This document shows positions 34,412 through 45,851 of a stretch of 64,000 nucleotides of DNA, piece by piece (the stretch's first letter is position 1; the number at the start of each line of letters is the position of its first letter). Both the position numbers and the translations under genes were made by a program. Origin of the DNA: an uncultured Gemmataceae bacterium (GTDB lineage: Bacteria > Planctomycetota > Planctomycetia > Gemmatales > Gemmataceae). The notes beneath the pieces were generated by a model. That model was not told the DNA's origin. It worked only from the letters and a program-made list of their open reading frames with translations, and did no database searches. Where the stretch lies: positions 1,254,142 to 1,318,141 of the forward strand of contig CAVVPN010000012.1 in NCBI GenBank assembly GCA_963750165.1, given 5' to 3'.

Positions 34412-34924
34412 ATGGACCCGCTGGCCGGCAACCCATTCGCGGTGCTGACGTTCATCGTCGCGCCGGCGGTCCTGACCAACGCCTCGTCCGTCATGGGTCT
34501 TCAGACCGCCAACCGCTTCGCCCGCGCCATCGATCGCGCCCGCAGCCTGGAGGCCCAGCTCCGGGGCAAGAGCCCCCGCGAGCACGAATCACGTCTGCGT
34601 ATGCTTCAGCTGGACTTCGCCGTGCGGCGGGCGCGGCTGCTGGTCCACGCCCTGACCGCCTTTTACCTTTCCGTCGGCGCCTTCGCCGGCGCCAGTTTCG
34701 CGTCGCTGCTGGGAACCGTTTTCGTCGCCACGCACCTGGATGTCCCGCTCGCCGCCACACTGGTGGTGGCGCTGGGGTGCGGTGTTGCCGGTGTCGGCGG
34801 CGTGCTCACCGGCTCGGGCATCCTCGTCTGGGAGACGCGCCTGACCCTGCGCATCCTCCAGGCGGAGACGGAGTTATTGCGGCGGTCGCTGCCAAAAGGG
34901 CCAGAGGAGGTCGCTGGTCTGTGA
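34412..34924 (+). CDS. DUF2721-like membrane protein
   Basis: IVAPAVLTNA...NRFARAIDRAR and three TM helices. Confidence 0.7.
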   Translation: MDPLAGNPFAVLTFIVAPAVLTNASSVMGLQTANRFARAIDRARSLEAQLRGKSPREHESRLRMLQLDFAVRRARLLVHALTAFYLSVGAFAGASFASLLGTVFVATHLDVPLAATLVVALGCGVAGVGGVLTGSGILVWETRLTLRILQAETELLRRSLPKGPEEVAGL

Positions 34925-35003
34925 TCGTGTTTGCCCCGGGGGCCGCCGCGTGCTACGGTTGCGCTGTCGAGCGCGCCCCCTACGCACGGAGACGGAAAAG
35001 ACC

Positions 35004-35522
35004 ATGGCCTCCCCAACCCTGGCAAACGCCGGCCTGCTGGCGTGGTGGAGTTTGTTTTTGATCGGGCCGGCCGCGATCGGCTTGCTGGTCGCGTGTGCCG
35101 TCGGCCTGCTGCTGCTGCGCCGGCGGCCCGAGCCGATAGCGCCGCCAGCCCCCGCCAGCCCCGGTGCGGCTCCGCCCGACTTACCCCACGACCCCTTTGA
35201 AAAGGGCAGCCGCACCGAGCAGCGCCGCGGCGTCCGCCGCGATGGCAGCCCGATCGAGGTGCGGGTCGCTACCTGCGAGGCCGGCAAGGACCGGCCGCTG
35301 CGCGGCTGGGTGCTGGACCGCTCCGTCGGCGGCGTGTGTCTGGAATCGCCCACCGCCTTCCCCGAGGGCACGCGCCTGAACCTGCTGCCGACCCACGCCC
35401 CCCAGATGACACCCTGGACCGAGGTGGAGGTGCGCTCCTGTCGGCAGAAGAAGGACGGCTACGAGGTCGGTTGCCAGTTCGTCAAGACGCCGCCGTGGGC
35501 CATCCTGCTCCTTTTCGGTTGA
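35004..35522 (+). CDS. Membrane-anchored PilZ-domain protein
   Basis: EQRRGVR (RxxxR), DRSVGG (DxSxxG), VGCQF. Confidence 0.8.
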   Translation: MASPTLANAGLLAWWSLFLIGPAAIGLLVACAVGLLLLRRRPEPIAPPAPASPGAAPPDLPHDPFEKGSRTEQRRGVRRDGSPIEVRVATCEAGKDRPLRGWVLDRSVGGVCLESPTAFPEGTRLNLLPTHAPQMTPWTEVEVRSCRQKKDGYEVGCQFVKTPPWAILLLFG

Positions 35523-35549
35523 AGACTCGTGGGACAGGCTGGAAGCCTG

Positions 35550-36176
35550 TCAACCTTCCGGCGGCGGCAGTGCGTCCAGTTTCTCCAGCTCCGGCCGCAC
35601 CACCTTGTCAAAGCACTCCGGGCAGATGCCGTGCGAGAAGCGCGTGTCCGAGTGGGCGCTGATGTACGTCTCCACCTGCTGCCAGTAATTCTTGTCGTCG
35701 CGGATTTTTTTGCAGTAGCAGCAGATCGGCAACAGCCCCTGCAGTTGCTTGATGCGGCCGAGGGCCTCTTCCAGCTCGCGGACGCGCTCGGCCAGGCGGT
35801 GCTGCAACTCCACGTGCCGCTGGCCCACGATCAGCCGCGCCCGCAGTTCCTCGCGGTTGAACGGCTTGGTCAGGTAGTCGTTGGCGCCGCCCTCCAGACC
35901 GGCCACCAGGTCTTCCTTCGCGTCCCGGGCGGTCAGCACGATCACGTACACAGGGGTGCTGCTCGGCAGGGCCCGCAGTCGCCGGCAGACGTCGATGCCC
36001 TCCAGGCCCGGCATGATCCAGTCGAGGATGGCCATTGGCGGTGCGCCCGGGCCAGACAGCACCGTCAGGGCCGTGATGCCGTCCTGGACGGCTTCCGTCT
36101 CGTACCCCCAGCCGGCCAGCGTCGCCAGCAACACACGGCGGTAAATGGGGTCGTCCTCGGCGATCAGCACTTTCAT
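35550..36176 (-). CDS. Response regulator with C-terminal Cys/His-rich domain
   Basis: IAEDD, LDWIMP, DYLTKPF; LPICCYCKKIRDD...FSHGICPEC. Confidence 0.88.
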   Translation of the reverse strand: MKVLIAEDDPIYRRVLLATLAGWGYETEAVQDGITALTVLSGPGAPPMAILDWIMPGLEGIDVCRRLRALPSSTPVYVIVLTARDAKEDLVAGLEGGANDYLTKPFNREELRARLIVGQRHVELQHRLAERVRELEEALGRIKQLQGLLPICCYCKKIRDDKNYWQQVETYISAHSDTRFSHGICPECFDKVVRPELEKLDALPPPEG

Positions 36177-36967
36177 GGGCTCAGTTCCTCCGCGAAGGTT
36201 CGCAGGTGGGCGCGCAGGGTTTGCAGTTGCTGCTCCAGGGCAGGCAGTTCAGCGACGGCCCGATCCGGCTCAGGACCGGCGGCCAGGCGGTGCAGCCGGG
36301 CCAGCGCTGCCGCTGCGGGGCCCGCACCAAAGAATAGCACCTGGCCCTTGAGGCTGTGGCAGGCCCGCCGCACGCGGTCGGTGTCCCCCTGGGCCAGGCC
36401 GGCGCGCACCTGACCCAGCAATTCGACGCTGTCCACCTGAAATAGTTCGACGACCTCGAGCAGCAGTGCCGGGTCGTCGCCGACGCGCCCCAGTGTCGCG
36501 GCACGGTCGAACTCGGCTGCGGCAGTCGGCAGACTAAACCGGGCGTGCAGATGCACAACCCCCGCGTCGTCCGCCCAGACGCGTCCGCCCAGGGGCTCCG
36601 CCAGCAGTGCCGCCTCCCACTGCGCCGCCGCGGTCGCGGCACGGACGCTGAAGTGCAGCCAGACCCCGTCCGCCGCCGCCGCCTCGCGCTCGACGCACAC
36701 CGTCCCACCACCGGGCTCACCGGGGGCACTCCCGACCAGGCCGGCGAGGGTCTGCAGAAGCTGGGACGGGTTGCCGAGCAGTCGGTCAGGCACGTCCGCC
36801 GCGACCGTGCAGGCCGGCAGCGGTGCGTGGTCCGGTAACAGTTCCGCCAGGCGGGCGCGGAGGTCGAACGCCACCGCGGTCGGTTCCGGCGGCGGCGCTT
36901 CAGGGAGGGCAGGGCCGGGCGGTTCGGGGGAGGTGCTCCCCGGGTTGGGGTCGGTGGGTGTGCTCAT
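36173..36967 (-). CDS. Hpt-domain protein with degenerate HATPase-like N-terminal part
   Basis: RACHSLKG Hpt motif; DVPDRLLGNP...LHFSV remnant of a kinase ATPase domain. Confidence 0.7.
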   Translation of the reverse strand: MSTPTDPNPGSTSPEPPGPALPEAPPPEPTAVAFDLRARLAELLPDHAPLPACTVAADVPDRLLGNPSQLLQTLAGLVGSAPGEPGGGTVCVEREAAAADGVWLHFSVRAATAAAQWEAALLAEPLGGRVWADDAGVVHLHARFSLPTAAAEFDRAATLGRVGDDPALLLEVVELFQVDSVELLGQVRAGLAQGDTDRVRRACHSLKGQVLFFGAGPAAAALARLHRLAAGPEPDRAVAELPALEQQLQTLRAHLRTFAEELSP

Positions 36968-37237
36968 GGCGACGCCTCAAGGGTGACTGCCTCAAAGGTG
37001 TCCCACTCGGCGAACCAGCGCGGCAAGGTCGAGGCAGGGTGGGCAAGGGCAGTTCTCTTTTGCTATCGTGACAGCCACGGCGGGCGGCCGCAAGAGCAGT
37101 CGGGCCAAATGCACCTTCGGCCTCTTCGGGGGAGGGAAAAGGGCAGGAGAAGTGTTACCCCAGGACAGCATCCGAACAGGGAACGGCCGGGGGCGTGAGT
37201 GCCTGTGGGTTGGCACGGCCGGGCGCTGGGTGGCGTG

Positions 37238-37309
37238 GGTTGTCAGATCAAGGACGCCAAGAACGCCAAGAACGCCAACTTTTTCACACGTCGAGATTCG
37301 GCGCCCTTG
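37238..37309 (-). repeat. 72-bp repeat, copy 3 (inverted relative to copy 1)
   Basis: Reverse complement matches 18618..18689 at 70 of 72 positions. Confidence 0.9.
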
Positions 37310-37397
37310 ACCGGTGGCGCTGGCACGGCGGGACGTTGGGCGGCACTCTTGTATGGTCCGCTGCGTCCGTTTACCATCTCCCCTCCCGGTCGTCATT

Positions 37398-38884
37398 TCA
37401 CCCGCAGCCGAGCACCACCCGCAGCCCGCGGCCGTGGTAGCCATTCTCCCGCGGAAAATACACCTGCTGCAAGACCACCTCGCGCATCCCATTCCTGACA
37501 GCCAGGTCGCGCAGATAGGCCAGCGAGTGGGCGAAGTGCATCCACGGCGTCAGGCGGTAGTCCTCGGGGCCTTCGAGCAGATCGAGCGTGAAGGCAAAGC
37601 GGCCGCCGGGCCGCAGGGCGCGGCGCACAGCCGCGAACAACGGCGCCAGGTCGCCGAAGTAGAGCAGCACGTCGGAGGCCACGATGAGGTCAAAGCGGGC
37701 CTCGTAAACCTGTAACACGGTGAACAGATCGCCGCGGATCAGCTCGTCATACAGGCCGCGTGCCTCGGCCCGGGCGAGCATGTTGGCGGAAGCGTCCACG
37801 CCGACCAGGGTATGCGCCCACGAACGGAAGAGTTCGCCGCACAGGCCCGTGCCGCAGCCGAGGTCCAGGACGGCCAACTCCGCCCCCGCGGCGCCGGCCC
37901 AAGGGCGGCCTGCAGCAGCGCCGGGCTACGGTCGCCGCGCCAGCGCACTCGCTGGTCGAAGCGCTCGGCCAGCGCGTCGTACTCAGCGGCCAGGAAGTCG
38001 GCGGGCATCCGTGTCAACCGCGTGCCATTGGCGAGTGTCTCCGCCAGCAGCCGCGCCCGGGCGTCGCCCGGCCGCAGCTCCAGCACTTGCCGGAAACAGT
38101 TCAGGGCCTCGGCGTCCCTGCCCAGGCAGTAAAAAATGTCCCCCAGGGCGGTATGCAACCGGTAGTCGGACGGGTGCCGTGCCAGGCTGTCCCGGAGGCA
38201 GGCCAGCGCCTCGTCCCATTGCTGTAACGTGCTGTGAACATCGGCCAGGCCACACGCCGCCTTCACGTCCCCCGGCTGCGCCCGCAGAGCACGGCGGAAG
38301 CAGTCGGCCGCCTCGTCCGTCTGACCCTGAGACAGCAGGGCGTTGCCGAGGTTGGCCAGCGCGACGACGTGCTCCGGTTCCAGGGCCAGCGCCTGCCGGT
38401 AGCAGTGGATGGCGTCGTCCAGCTGGTGCTGTTGCAGGTGTGCCCAGCCCAGGTTGCTCCAGGCGGTGGCGTAGCGCGGGTTCAGCTCCAGGGCCCGGCG
38501 GTGCGCGGCCACGGCCTCGTTCCACTCGCAGCGCAGGGCGTGCGCGAGTCCCAGGTTGTTGTGGGCCTCGGCGAAATCAGGCTGCAGACGCAGCGCCTCC
38601 CGGTAGCAGGCCATTGCCTCGTCCAGCCGGCCCTCGACGGCGCTGGCCAGGCCGAGGTTGTAATGCACGACTGCGGTGTCGGGGCGTTCGCGCAGCAGCT
38701 GCCGATACAACGGCACGGCCTCCGCGACGCGGCCCTGCAATTGACAGACCACCGCCAGACGGTAGCGGGCGTTGGCGTTCCCTGGTTCGGCGTCGAGGAC
38801 CTGGCGGTACATCGCCTCGGCCCGCCCCAGGTCGCCGGCCTGCTGATACCGCCAGGCCAGGGTCAGCGCTTCGTCAACGGTCAC
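37398..38884 (-). CDS. TPR-repeat protein with C-terminal SAM methyltransferase; frameshift near 37880
   Basis: Multiple TPRs (AEAHNNLG, AWSNLG); VLDLGCGTGL, DLIVASDVLLYFGDL. Confidence 0.85.
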
Positions 38885-39051
38885 GGTTCCCCCTCCTCAC
38901 GGCGAGGATACCCTGCGGCTGTTCCTGGAACGCTACCGGAACGGGAGTGGGGTCGGATGAAACAACTGGAACCGATGGCGTTCGATTACGCGCTTTGCCG
39001 CAAGCAGGTGGGCGAGTTGTGGTCCACGCGACTGGGAACCGCTCAAGAGCA

Positions 39052-40074
39052 TCAGCGCGCCGCGGCCGCCTCCGACGGGGCGCCGCGCAGCAGGGCGTCC
39101 AGCACCAGCCGGTTCTGTACCTTGTGAAACTCGCCGGCCCGGCCCACCTGCGTCGTCAGGAAGCCGACCTCGGCCACCTGCCACGGCGTCCCCTCGAACC
39201 ACACTTCCTGCGCCTTGTGCGACCGCAGTTGCCAGCCGGCCGTCACGTCCGGCAGGTAGTCGCGCAGCAGCCAGGCCGCCAGCCCCAGCAGAGCCAGCGC
39301 CGCCAGGCCGATGAGCACGCCGGCGCCGGACAGCAGCACCGCCACGGCCAGAACGGTCGTGCCGCCCATGATGCCCAGGGAGGTGTAATGCGTGGCCTTC
39401 TTTTCTGCCGCGCCGAGGCCCTCGGCTGTCCCCACCTCGCGCACCCAGCGGGAGCCGAGGCCGCCGACAAACAGCGCGGCTCCGGCGGCCAGTAAGTGTT
39501 GCGTGAACTGCCACAGGCTCAGGGCGGCGCTGCGGGTCAGCGGCCAGTCAAAGGAGTCGGCGGCGATCAACAGCACGAGCAGCACGGCCAGGACGTAAGC
39601 CCCCGCCGCCACCGCGCCCGCCAGGTTCCGGTGCGGCGCCGCGGCTGCCCCTGGCTTCGGCAGGGCCTGGAGACACTCCAGCAGTCGGTGCGACAGCACG
39701 CTGCCGAGGCCCAGGGCGGTGACCAGCACCACCGCCACGCCCCAGGTCCGGCGCAGGGCCAGGCTCAGGGTAGCGGCCAGTTCGGCCTGGCCGTGCCGGT
39801 GCGCCAGCCACCACGCGGCCGCCACCCAGATGGTCAGGCGGACGAGGATGCCGGCGACCAACGTCGGGGTGAAGCCCCGATTCGCCTCAGGGCCGGTCTC
39901 GGCCCCCGGCGGCCGCAGGGCGGCATCGAACTCCCAGCCGCGCAGGGTCCGGGTCACCAGCACCCCGAGGAAGTGTCCGCCCAGGAGCGCGGCCACAGCC
40001 ACCCCGCCGTCCTTAAGCAGTGTTTGCGTTTCCGGGGAAATGTTTTGCCACCAGGTTGTCAGTTCTTCGAGCAC
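39052..40074 (-). CDS. Multi-pass membrane protein (possibly MscS-like)
   Basis: GTG after GGAGG; many hydrophobic helices; short beta-rich C-terminus. Confidence 0.55.
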   Translation of the reverse strand: MLEELTTWWQNISPETQTLLKDGGVAVAALLGGHFLGVLVTRTLRGWEFDAALRPPGAETGPEANRGFTPTLVAGILVRLTIWVAAAWWLAHRHGQAELAATLSLALRRTWGVAVVLVTALGLGSVLSHRLLECLQALPKPGAAAAPHRNLAGAVAAGAYVLAVLLVLLIAADSFDWPLTRSAALSLWQFTQHLLAAGAALFVGGLGSRWVREVGTAEGLGAAEKKATHYTSLGIMGGTTVLAVAVLLSGAGVLIGLAALALLGLAAWLLRDYLPDVTAGWQLRSHKAQEVWFEGTPWQVAEVGFLTTQVGRAGEFHKVQNRLVLDALLRGAPSEAAAAR

Positions 40075-40474
40075 GTCCACCTCCGCGCACGGTGTATGAC
40101 GGGAATGCCAGGCTATTGGGTTTACGAGGGGGAAGCGAGATAGGGCAATCAAGGGTAGGCCACGGGGACAGGAAGTCAAATAGCCCGCGCATCAGTGGCT
40201 GACCGGCGGCCCAGGTTCGGGGAGCGGCCTGTCGGGGTTCAGGCCGGCCAGGTCCAGGCGCGGGCAGCGCGCAATGTTCATTCGCGCCCCAGCAATTTTT
40301 TCCCATCATTTTTGCAACTTCGCCATTTGTAAACTATTCTTCTTGAAAAGCTACACAGAACCCAGGGCAACTCCCTGAGTTCCGGCGAACGAACCGAGAC
40401 TCGTCACGGACGACCGTCGGCCGGGCCGTCACCGGTCGTCGTCCGCTCCCTTCCCCTTACGCCGGAGACCCGTC

Positions 40475-41860
40475 ATGCACTCGCAGCCTCTCGGCCCCCG
40501 CACGTCCTCACCGAAGCTGGTGAGGCCCGATGCGCCGGGCGACACCCCCAGCCGACCCCGTCCCGCCAGGGACGCCCTGCCAACAGTCGAGGGCCACGAA
40601 CTGGTCGAGGTGATCGCCCGCGGCGGCATGGGCACCGTCTACCGTGCGCGCCGGCACGACAACGGCCAGGCCGTTGCCGTCAAGATTCTCGCGTCCGAGT
40701 ACGTCACCAGTTCCGTGGCGCGCAGCCGCTTCGAGCAGGAGTTCCGAACGGCCTCCCGTCTCGATCACCCCAACATCGTTCGTGGCATCGACTGTGGCCA
40801 GTCCGAGACCGGCCCGTACTTCGTGATGGAGTTGGTGGACGGGGAGAGCCTCGGCGACCGCATCGCCCGCGAGGGGCCGCTGCCGCCGGCCGAGGCGCTG
40901 CGCCTGATCGTCCAGATCGCCGCGGCCCTGGAATACGCCCACAAGGAAGGGTTGATCCACCGCGATGTCAAGCCGGACAACATCCTGCTCACGCCGGATG
41001 GCCGGGCCCGGCTGACGGACTTCGGGCTGGTCAAGCACCAGGACGAGGATCTCGACCTGACGGTGCCAGGCCGCGGTCTGGGCACGCCGAACTTCGTCGC
41101 CCCGGAGCAGCTGGCAAACGCCAAGTCGGCCGACCGGCGCTGCGATGTCTACGGCCTGGGTGCCACCCTGTACGCCGCCGTCACCGGCCGCTGTCCGTTC
41201 GCGGCCCGCACCACCATCCAGGTTCTCAAGAAGAAGTCGCTGAACGAATTGATCCGGCCGCGCCAGCTGGCGCCGACCCTCAGCAGCCGCCTGGAAGAGG
41301 TCATCCTTCAGGCCATGCACCCCGACAGCGGCCAGCGCTACGGGTCGTGCGCCGAGTTTTTGCAGTGGTTGACCGACAGCCGGGTGCCGGAGGCCGCTGT
41401 GCCGTCGGCGACACCCCCAAGCCGTCCCATTCCCGTCGTCAGCCCGACAGCCCTGTCCGCGCCGACCCGGAGCACGGTCACGGACCGCCTCACTCCGCCG
41501 GTGGAGCCGATGCCTGACGAGCCTGCCGGCGGCGCCGCGTGGCGCTGGCTCCTCGGAGGCGCGATCGTGCTGGGCTTCGGCCTTGGCGCGCTGGCGGGTG
41601 CCTGCCAATGGGCCTGGCGGCGGGCGCATCAGCGCTACCGGTCAACGCGCGCGAAACGTAAACGGGGTCAACCGGCGGCCGCTCCCGGGCCTCCCAGCCA
41701 CTGCTCCAGGATGGCCAGGTCGATGGGCTTGACCAAATGCTGGTCAAAGCCCGCTTCCTGGGAGCGGCGATGGTCCTCTTCCTGTCCCCAGCCCGTGACC
41801 GCGATAATCACCACGTCCTTGCCCCAGGGCTGTTCCCGCAGCCGGCGGCAGGTGTCGTAG
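40475..41860 (+). CDS. Hanks-type Ser/Thr protein kinase with C-terminal TM (true stop probably near 41660)
   Basis: ARGGMGTVY, VAVK, IHRDVKPDNIL, DFG, GTPNFVAPE; ORF tail overlaps the convergent gene. Confidence 0.9.
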   Translation: MHSQPLGPRTSSPKLVRPDAPGDTPSRPRPARDALPTVEGHELVEVIARGGMGTVYRARRHDNGQAVAVKILASEYVTSSVARSRFEQEFRTASRLDHPNIVRGIDCGQSETGPYFVMELVDGESLGDRIAREGPLPPAEALRLIVQIAAALEYAHKEGLIHRDVKPDNILLTPDGRARLTDFGLVKHQDEDLDLTVPGRGLGTPNFVAPEQLANAKSADRRCDVYGLGATLYAAVTGRCPFAARTTIQVLKKKSLNELIRPRQLAPTLSSRLEEVILQAMHPDSGQRYGSCAEFLQWLTDSRVPEAAVPSATPPSRPIPVVSPTALSAPTRSTVTDRLTPPVEPMPDEPAGGAAWRWLLGGAIVLGFGLGALAGACQWAWRRAHQRYRSTRAKRKRGQPAAAPGPPSHCSRMARSMGLTKCWSKPASWERRWSSSCPQPVTAIITTSLPQGCSRSRRQVS

Positions 41861-44131
41861 CCGTTCAGCCTCGGCAGGCCGATGTCGAGCAGGATCACGT
41901 CCGGTCGGAACGCTTCGGCCAGCTCCAGCGCCTCCAACCCGTCGTGGGCGATGCGCGTGTCGTTGCCCAGCAGAGACAGCATCATGGACAGGCTGGTCGC
42001 CGCGTCCCGGTTGTCGTCCACGACCAGGACGCGGCGCCGCGGCCCCTGGGGGCGTACCTCCCGGGCCGGATCGGGAGACCAAGACGGCTCCGTGGTCATC
42101 GGCAGGCGCACGGTGAACTCACTGCCCTGCCCCGGCCCGTCACTGTGGGCCGCGACCGTGCCGCCGTGCATCTCCACCAACCCCTTGACCAGTGCCAGCC
42201 CGATGCCCAGCCCCCCCTGCGCGCGCTCCAGATTGGTTTCCACCTGCGAGAACAGGGCGAACAGCGAGGGCAGCGCTGCCACGGGAATGCCGATGCCCGA
42301 GTCGCGCACTGTCACCACGACCTCGGAACCGTCCAGCCGGGCCGACAGCACGATGCGGCCGCCCGGGTCGGTGTACTTGGCGGCATTGTTGAGCAGGTTC
42401 CAGAAGACCTGCGCCAGCCGGGTCAGGTCGGCGTTCAGGAAGACCGGCTGCGGCGGCAGCGCCACGCTAAGAGCCTGTCCCTTGGCGTTGAGGAGCGGCC
42501 GGACGGTCTCGACGGCGTTCTCGAGTACCGCGGCCAGGTTCACGCGGGTCCAGCGCAGCTCCAGCTTGTTGCTGGTAATGCGGCTCACGTCCAGCAGGTC
42601 GTCCACCAGGCGCACCAGCTGAATGACTTGCCGGTCCATCATGGCCTGGGCCTGCGCGGTTCGCCGGGTCGTCCGTCAGCGCCAGGGCTTGCAGGGCGGT
42701 ACGGATGGGGGCCAACGGATTTCGCAGCTCGTGAGCCAGCGTCGCCAGGAACTCGTCCTTGCGCCGATCCGCCTGGCGCAGTTCTTGCTCCGCCCGCTTC
42801 CGCGCTGTTATGTCCTGGCGCACCCCCACCAGGCGCACCGGCCGGCCCTGGTCGTCGCAGAAGACCTTGCCCTTGCCGAACAGCCAGCGCTCGCCGTCGT
42901 CCGTCGCGGCACTGCGGAACTCGACCTCGAACTCGGAACCGGTCGCCAGGGCGTCTTCGTAGGCCCGGCGAACCGCCGCACGGTCGTCGGGGTGGACGAG
43001 GGCGTCGAACCCTTCCTGGGAAGGCGGCACCGTCCCGGCGGGCAGGCCGTGCACCGGTTCGAAGTTGTCCGACCACCACATCTGGTTGGTGGCCGGACTC
43101 CACTCCCAGACGCCCATGCGGCCCGCCTCCAGGGCCAGGTGCAGCCGCTCCACGCTGTCGCGCACGGTCTTCTCCGCAGCCCGCCGCGCCGTCACGTCGC
43201 GGAAGACCAGGACGACACCGAGTGTCCCGCCGTCGTCTCGGATGGGAGCGGCGCTCTCCTCAATGGGTCGCCGCGTCCCGTCCCGGGCGACGATCGCCAT
43301 GTGGTGGGACAGGCCGGCCAGTTGGCCCTCGCGCAGCACCTGGACGACCGGGTTCTCGGCCGGTTCGCCGGTCTGCTCGTTGACGATGTGAAACACGTTC
43401 TCCAGGGGCCGCCCCTCGGCCTCGCCCAGGGGCCAGCCGGTCAGCTGCTCGGCCACCGGGTTGAGGAAGATCACCCGGCCCTGGGCGTCGGTGCAGACGA
43501 CCGCGTCGCCGATGCTCGCCAGGGTGATGCGGAACCACTCGTGCTGTTGCCGGACGGCCTCGGCCTGCTCCTCCGCCGCCCGGCGGGCCGCCGCCTCCTC
43601 CCGCAACCGCTGGGCGTCCGCCTCCGCCTGCTGCCGCTCGGTCAGGTCGCGCGTGATCTTGGAAAAGCCTCGCAGGTTCCCGGCTGGGTCGCGCAGGGCG
43701 GTCAGGACCACGCTGGCCCAGAAGCGGGAGCCGTCCTTGCGCACCCGCCAGCCCTCTTCCTTGTACGCTCCCTCGGCGGCGGCCGTCCGCAGCCCCTGCT
43801 CCGGCCGGCCCGCCTGGACCGCCTCGGGCGGGTAGAACAGCGCGAAGGACTGGCCGAGGACCTCCTCGGCCCGGTACTGCTTGATGCGCTCCGCCCCCGG
43901 GTTCCAGGAGGCGATGCGGCCGTCGGGCCCCAGCAGGTAGATGGCGTATTCCTTCGTACCCTCCACGAGCAGCCGGAAGCGCTCCTCACTGGCCCGTAGC
44001 TCCTCGATCTGTCGCTCCAGCTCGGCGTTGGCCTGTTTCAAAGCGCCCTCGGCCCTGACGCGAGCCGTCACCTCGCGCTCCAGTTCGGTTGTGTTGCGCA
44101 TGGTCAGGAGCCTCGACATGAATTCGAACAT
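41668..44131 (-). CDS. Multi-PAS hybrid histidine kinase with receiver; frameshift near 42655
   Basis: Three PAS domains ([11 protein letters not shown]), [29 protein letters not shown]. Confidence 0.88.
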
Positions 44132-44463
44132 CAACCGACCGCCGGCCGATGTATTGAACAAGACCACCGAGGTGGTCGCGCGGCACCATCAACACCCGGT
44201 CCTGCGCCGTTTCGCGAAGAACAAGCGATCATGAACCGGCGTAATCAGGTAAGTGATTCCCTCAGCCGTCATGGCCGGAGGACAGGGAAGGCCGCCTCTC
44301 GCAAGCGGGTGTGTAAGCAAGATCATTGTACTGCAAGCTCGGCAAGCCCGGTAGGGCCGCTGTTCAACGCGGCGCCGTTTCCGTAAACGAACCCTGGCCG
44401 GGCCGCCTCGGGCCGGCCGGCGGCGGCCGCCGCCCCCGTGTACGCCAACCCCTCCAGGATCGC

Positions 44464-45568
44464 ATGAAGATCACCCGCATCCGCGCCTACCGCGTGGACC
44501 TGCCGCTGCACGAGGGCAGTTACAAGTGGTCCGGCGGCAAGGCCGTCACTGTCTTCGACAGCACTGTGGTGCGCATCGACACCGACGCCGGCGTCGCGGG
44601 CTACGGTGAGGTCTGCCCGCTCGGCCCCTTCTATCTGCCCGCCTACGCCAGCGGCGCCCTGCGCGGGCATCGCCGAACTGGGGCCGCACCTGCTCGGCGA
44701 AAATCCCCTCGAATTGCAGAAGCTCAACCGCCGCATGGACGCCGCCCTGCAGGGCCACCCCTACGTCAAGTCCGCCCTGGACATGGCTTGCTGGGATCTC
44801 CTCGGCAAGGCCACCGGCCAGCCGGTCTGCACGCTGCTCGGCGGCCGCCACGGCGAAGATTTCGGTCTGTATCGGGCCATCTCGCAGGAGGCGCCGGAGG
44901 CCATGGCCGGCCGCGTCGCCAGCTACCGCGCCGAGGGCTACCGCCGCTTCCAGTTGAAGGTAGGCGGCGACCCGGCCGAGGACATCGAGCGCATCCGCGC
45001 CGCGGCGGCCCAGCTGCAACCGGGCGACCGCCTCATCGCCGACGCCAACACCGGCTGGCTCATGCACGACGCCCTGCGTGTGGTCCGGGCCGTGCGCGAT
45101 GTGGACGTGTACATCGAGCAGCCGTGCCGCAGTTACGAGGAGTGCCTGACGGTGCGCCGCCACACCGACCACCCGTTCGTGCTCGACGAGGTGATCGACT
45201 CGCTCGACGTGCTGCTGCGCGGCCACGCCGACCGGGCGATGGACGTGGTCAACCTCAAGATCAGCAAGCTCGGCGGCCTGACAAAGACGAAACAGGTTCG
45301 CGATCTGTGCGTGGCCCTGGGCGTGGCGCTGACGCTGGAGGACAGCTGGGGCGGCGACATCGTGACCGCGGCCATCGCTCACCTGGCGCACAGCACGCCG
45401 CCGGAGCTGCTGTTCACGGCCACCGACTTCAACAGCTATGTGACGGTCAGCAACGCCGAGGGGGCGCCGCGGCGCGTCCACGGCCGGCTGGCGGCGCCGG
45501 CGGTGCCCGGCCTGGGTGTGACGCCGCGCTGGGACGTGCTGGGCGCCGCGGTGGTGGATGTGGGGTGA
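44464..45568 (+). CDS. Enolase-superfamily (MR/MLE) enzyme, hydroxyproline dehydratase/epimerase-like; frameshift near 44657
   Basis: [51 protein letters not shown]. Confidence 0.8.
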
Positions 45569-45693
45569 CTTTCTCGTCTCGGTGGGGAGTCACCTGGCCA
45601 CCTGGCCACATGGCGCGCCTCCCATCTCACCACAGGTGACAACCAGCGGCACCGCCCGACACGCTACCCCCGCGCGCCACGCGCTCCGGCGCA

Positions 45694-45778
45694 GTTTGCG
45701 TTTGGGTGTAGCGGAAGTCGCCAGACTTCCGAAGCCGCTCCGGAAGTCTGGCGACTTCCGCTACACCCAAACGCAAAC
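45694..45778. repeat. REPIN-like inverted repeat (GTAG class)
   Basis: gtttgcgtttgggtGTAGcggaagtcgccagacttccg ... cggaagtctggcgacttccgCTACacccaaacgcaaac. Confidence 0.88.
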
Positions 45779-45851
45779 CGCTCTAAAATGAGGGTGTCTC
45801 TCTCCGTGGAGAGCCCAGTGGTCCCGTCCCGCGGCAAGCGCGAGGAGTCCC

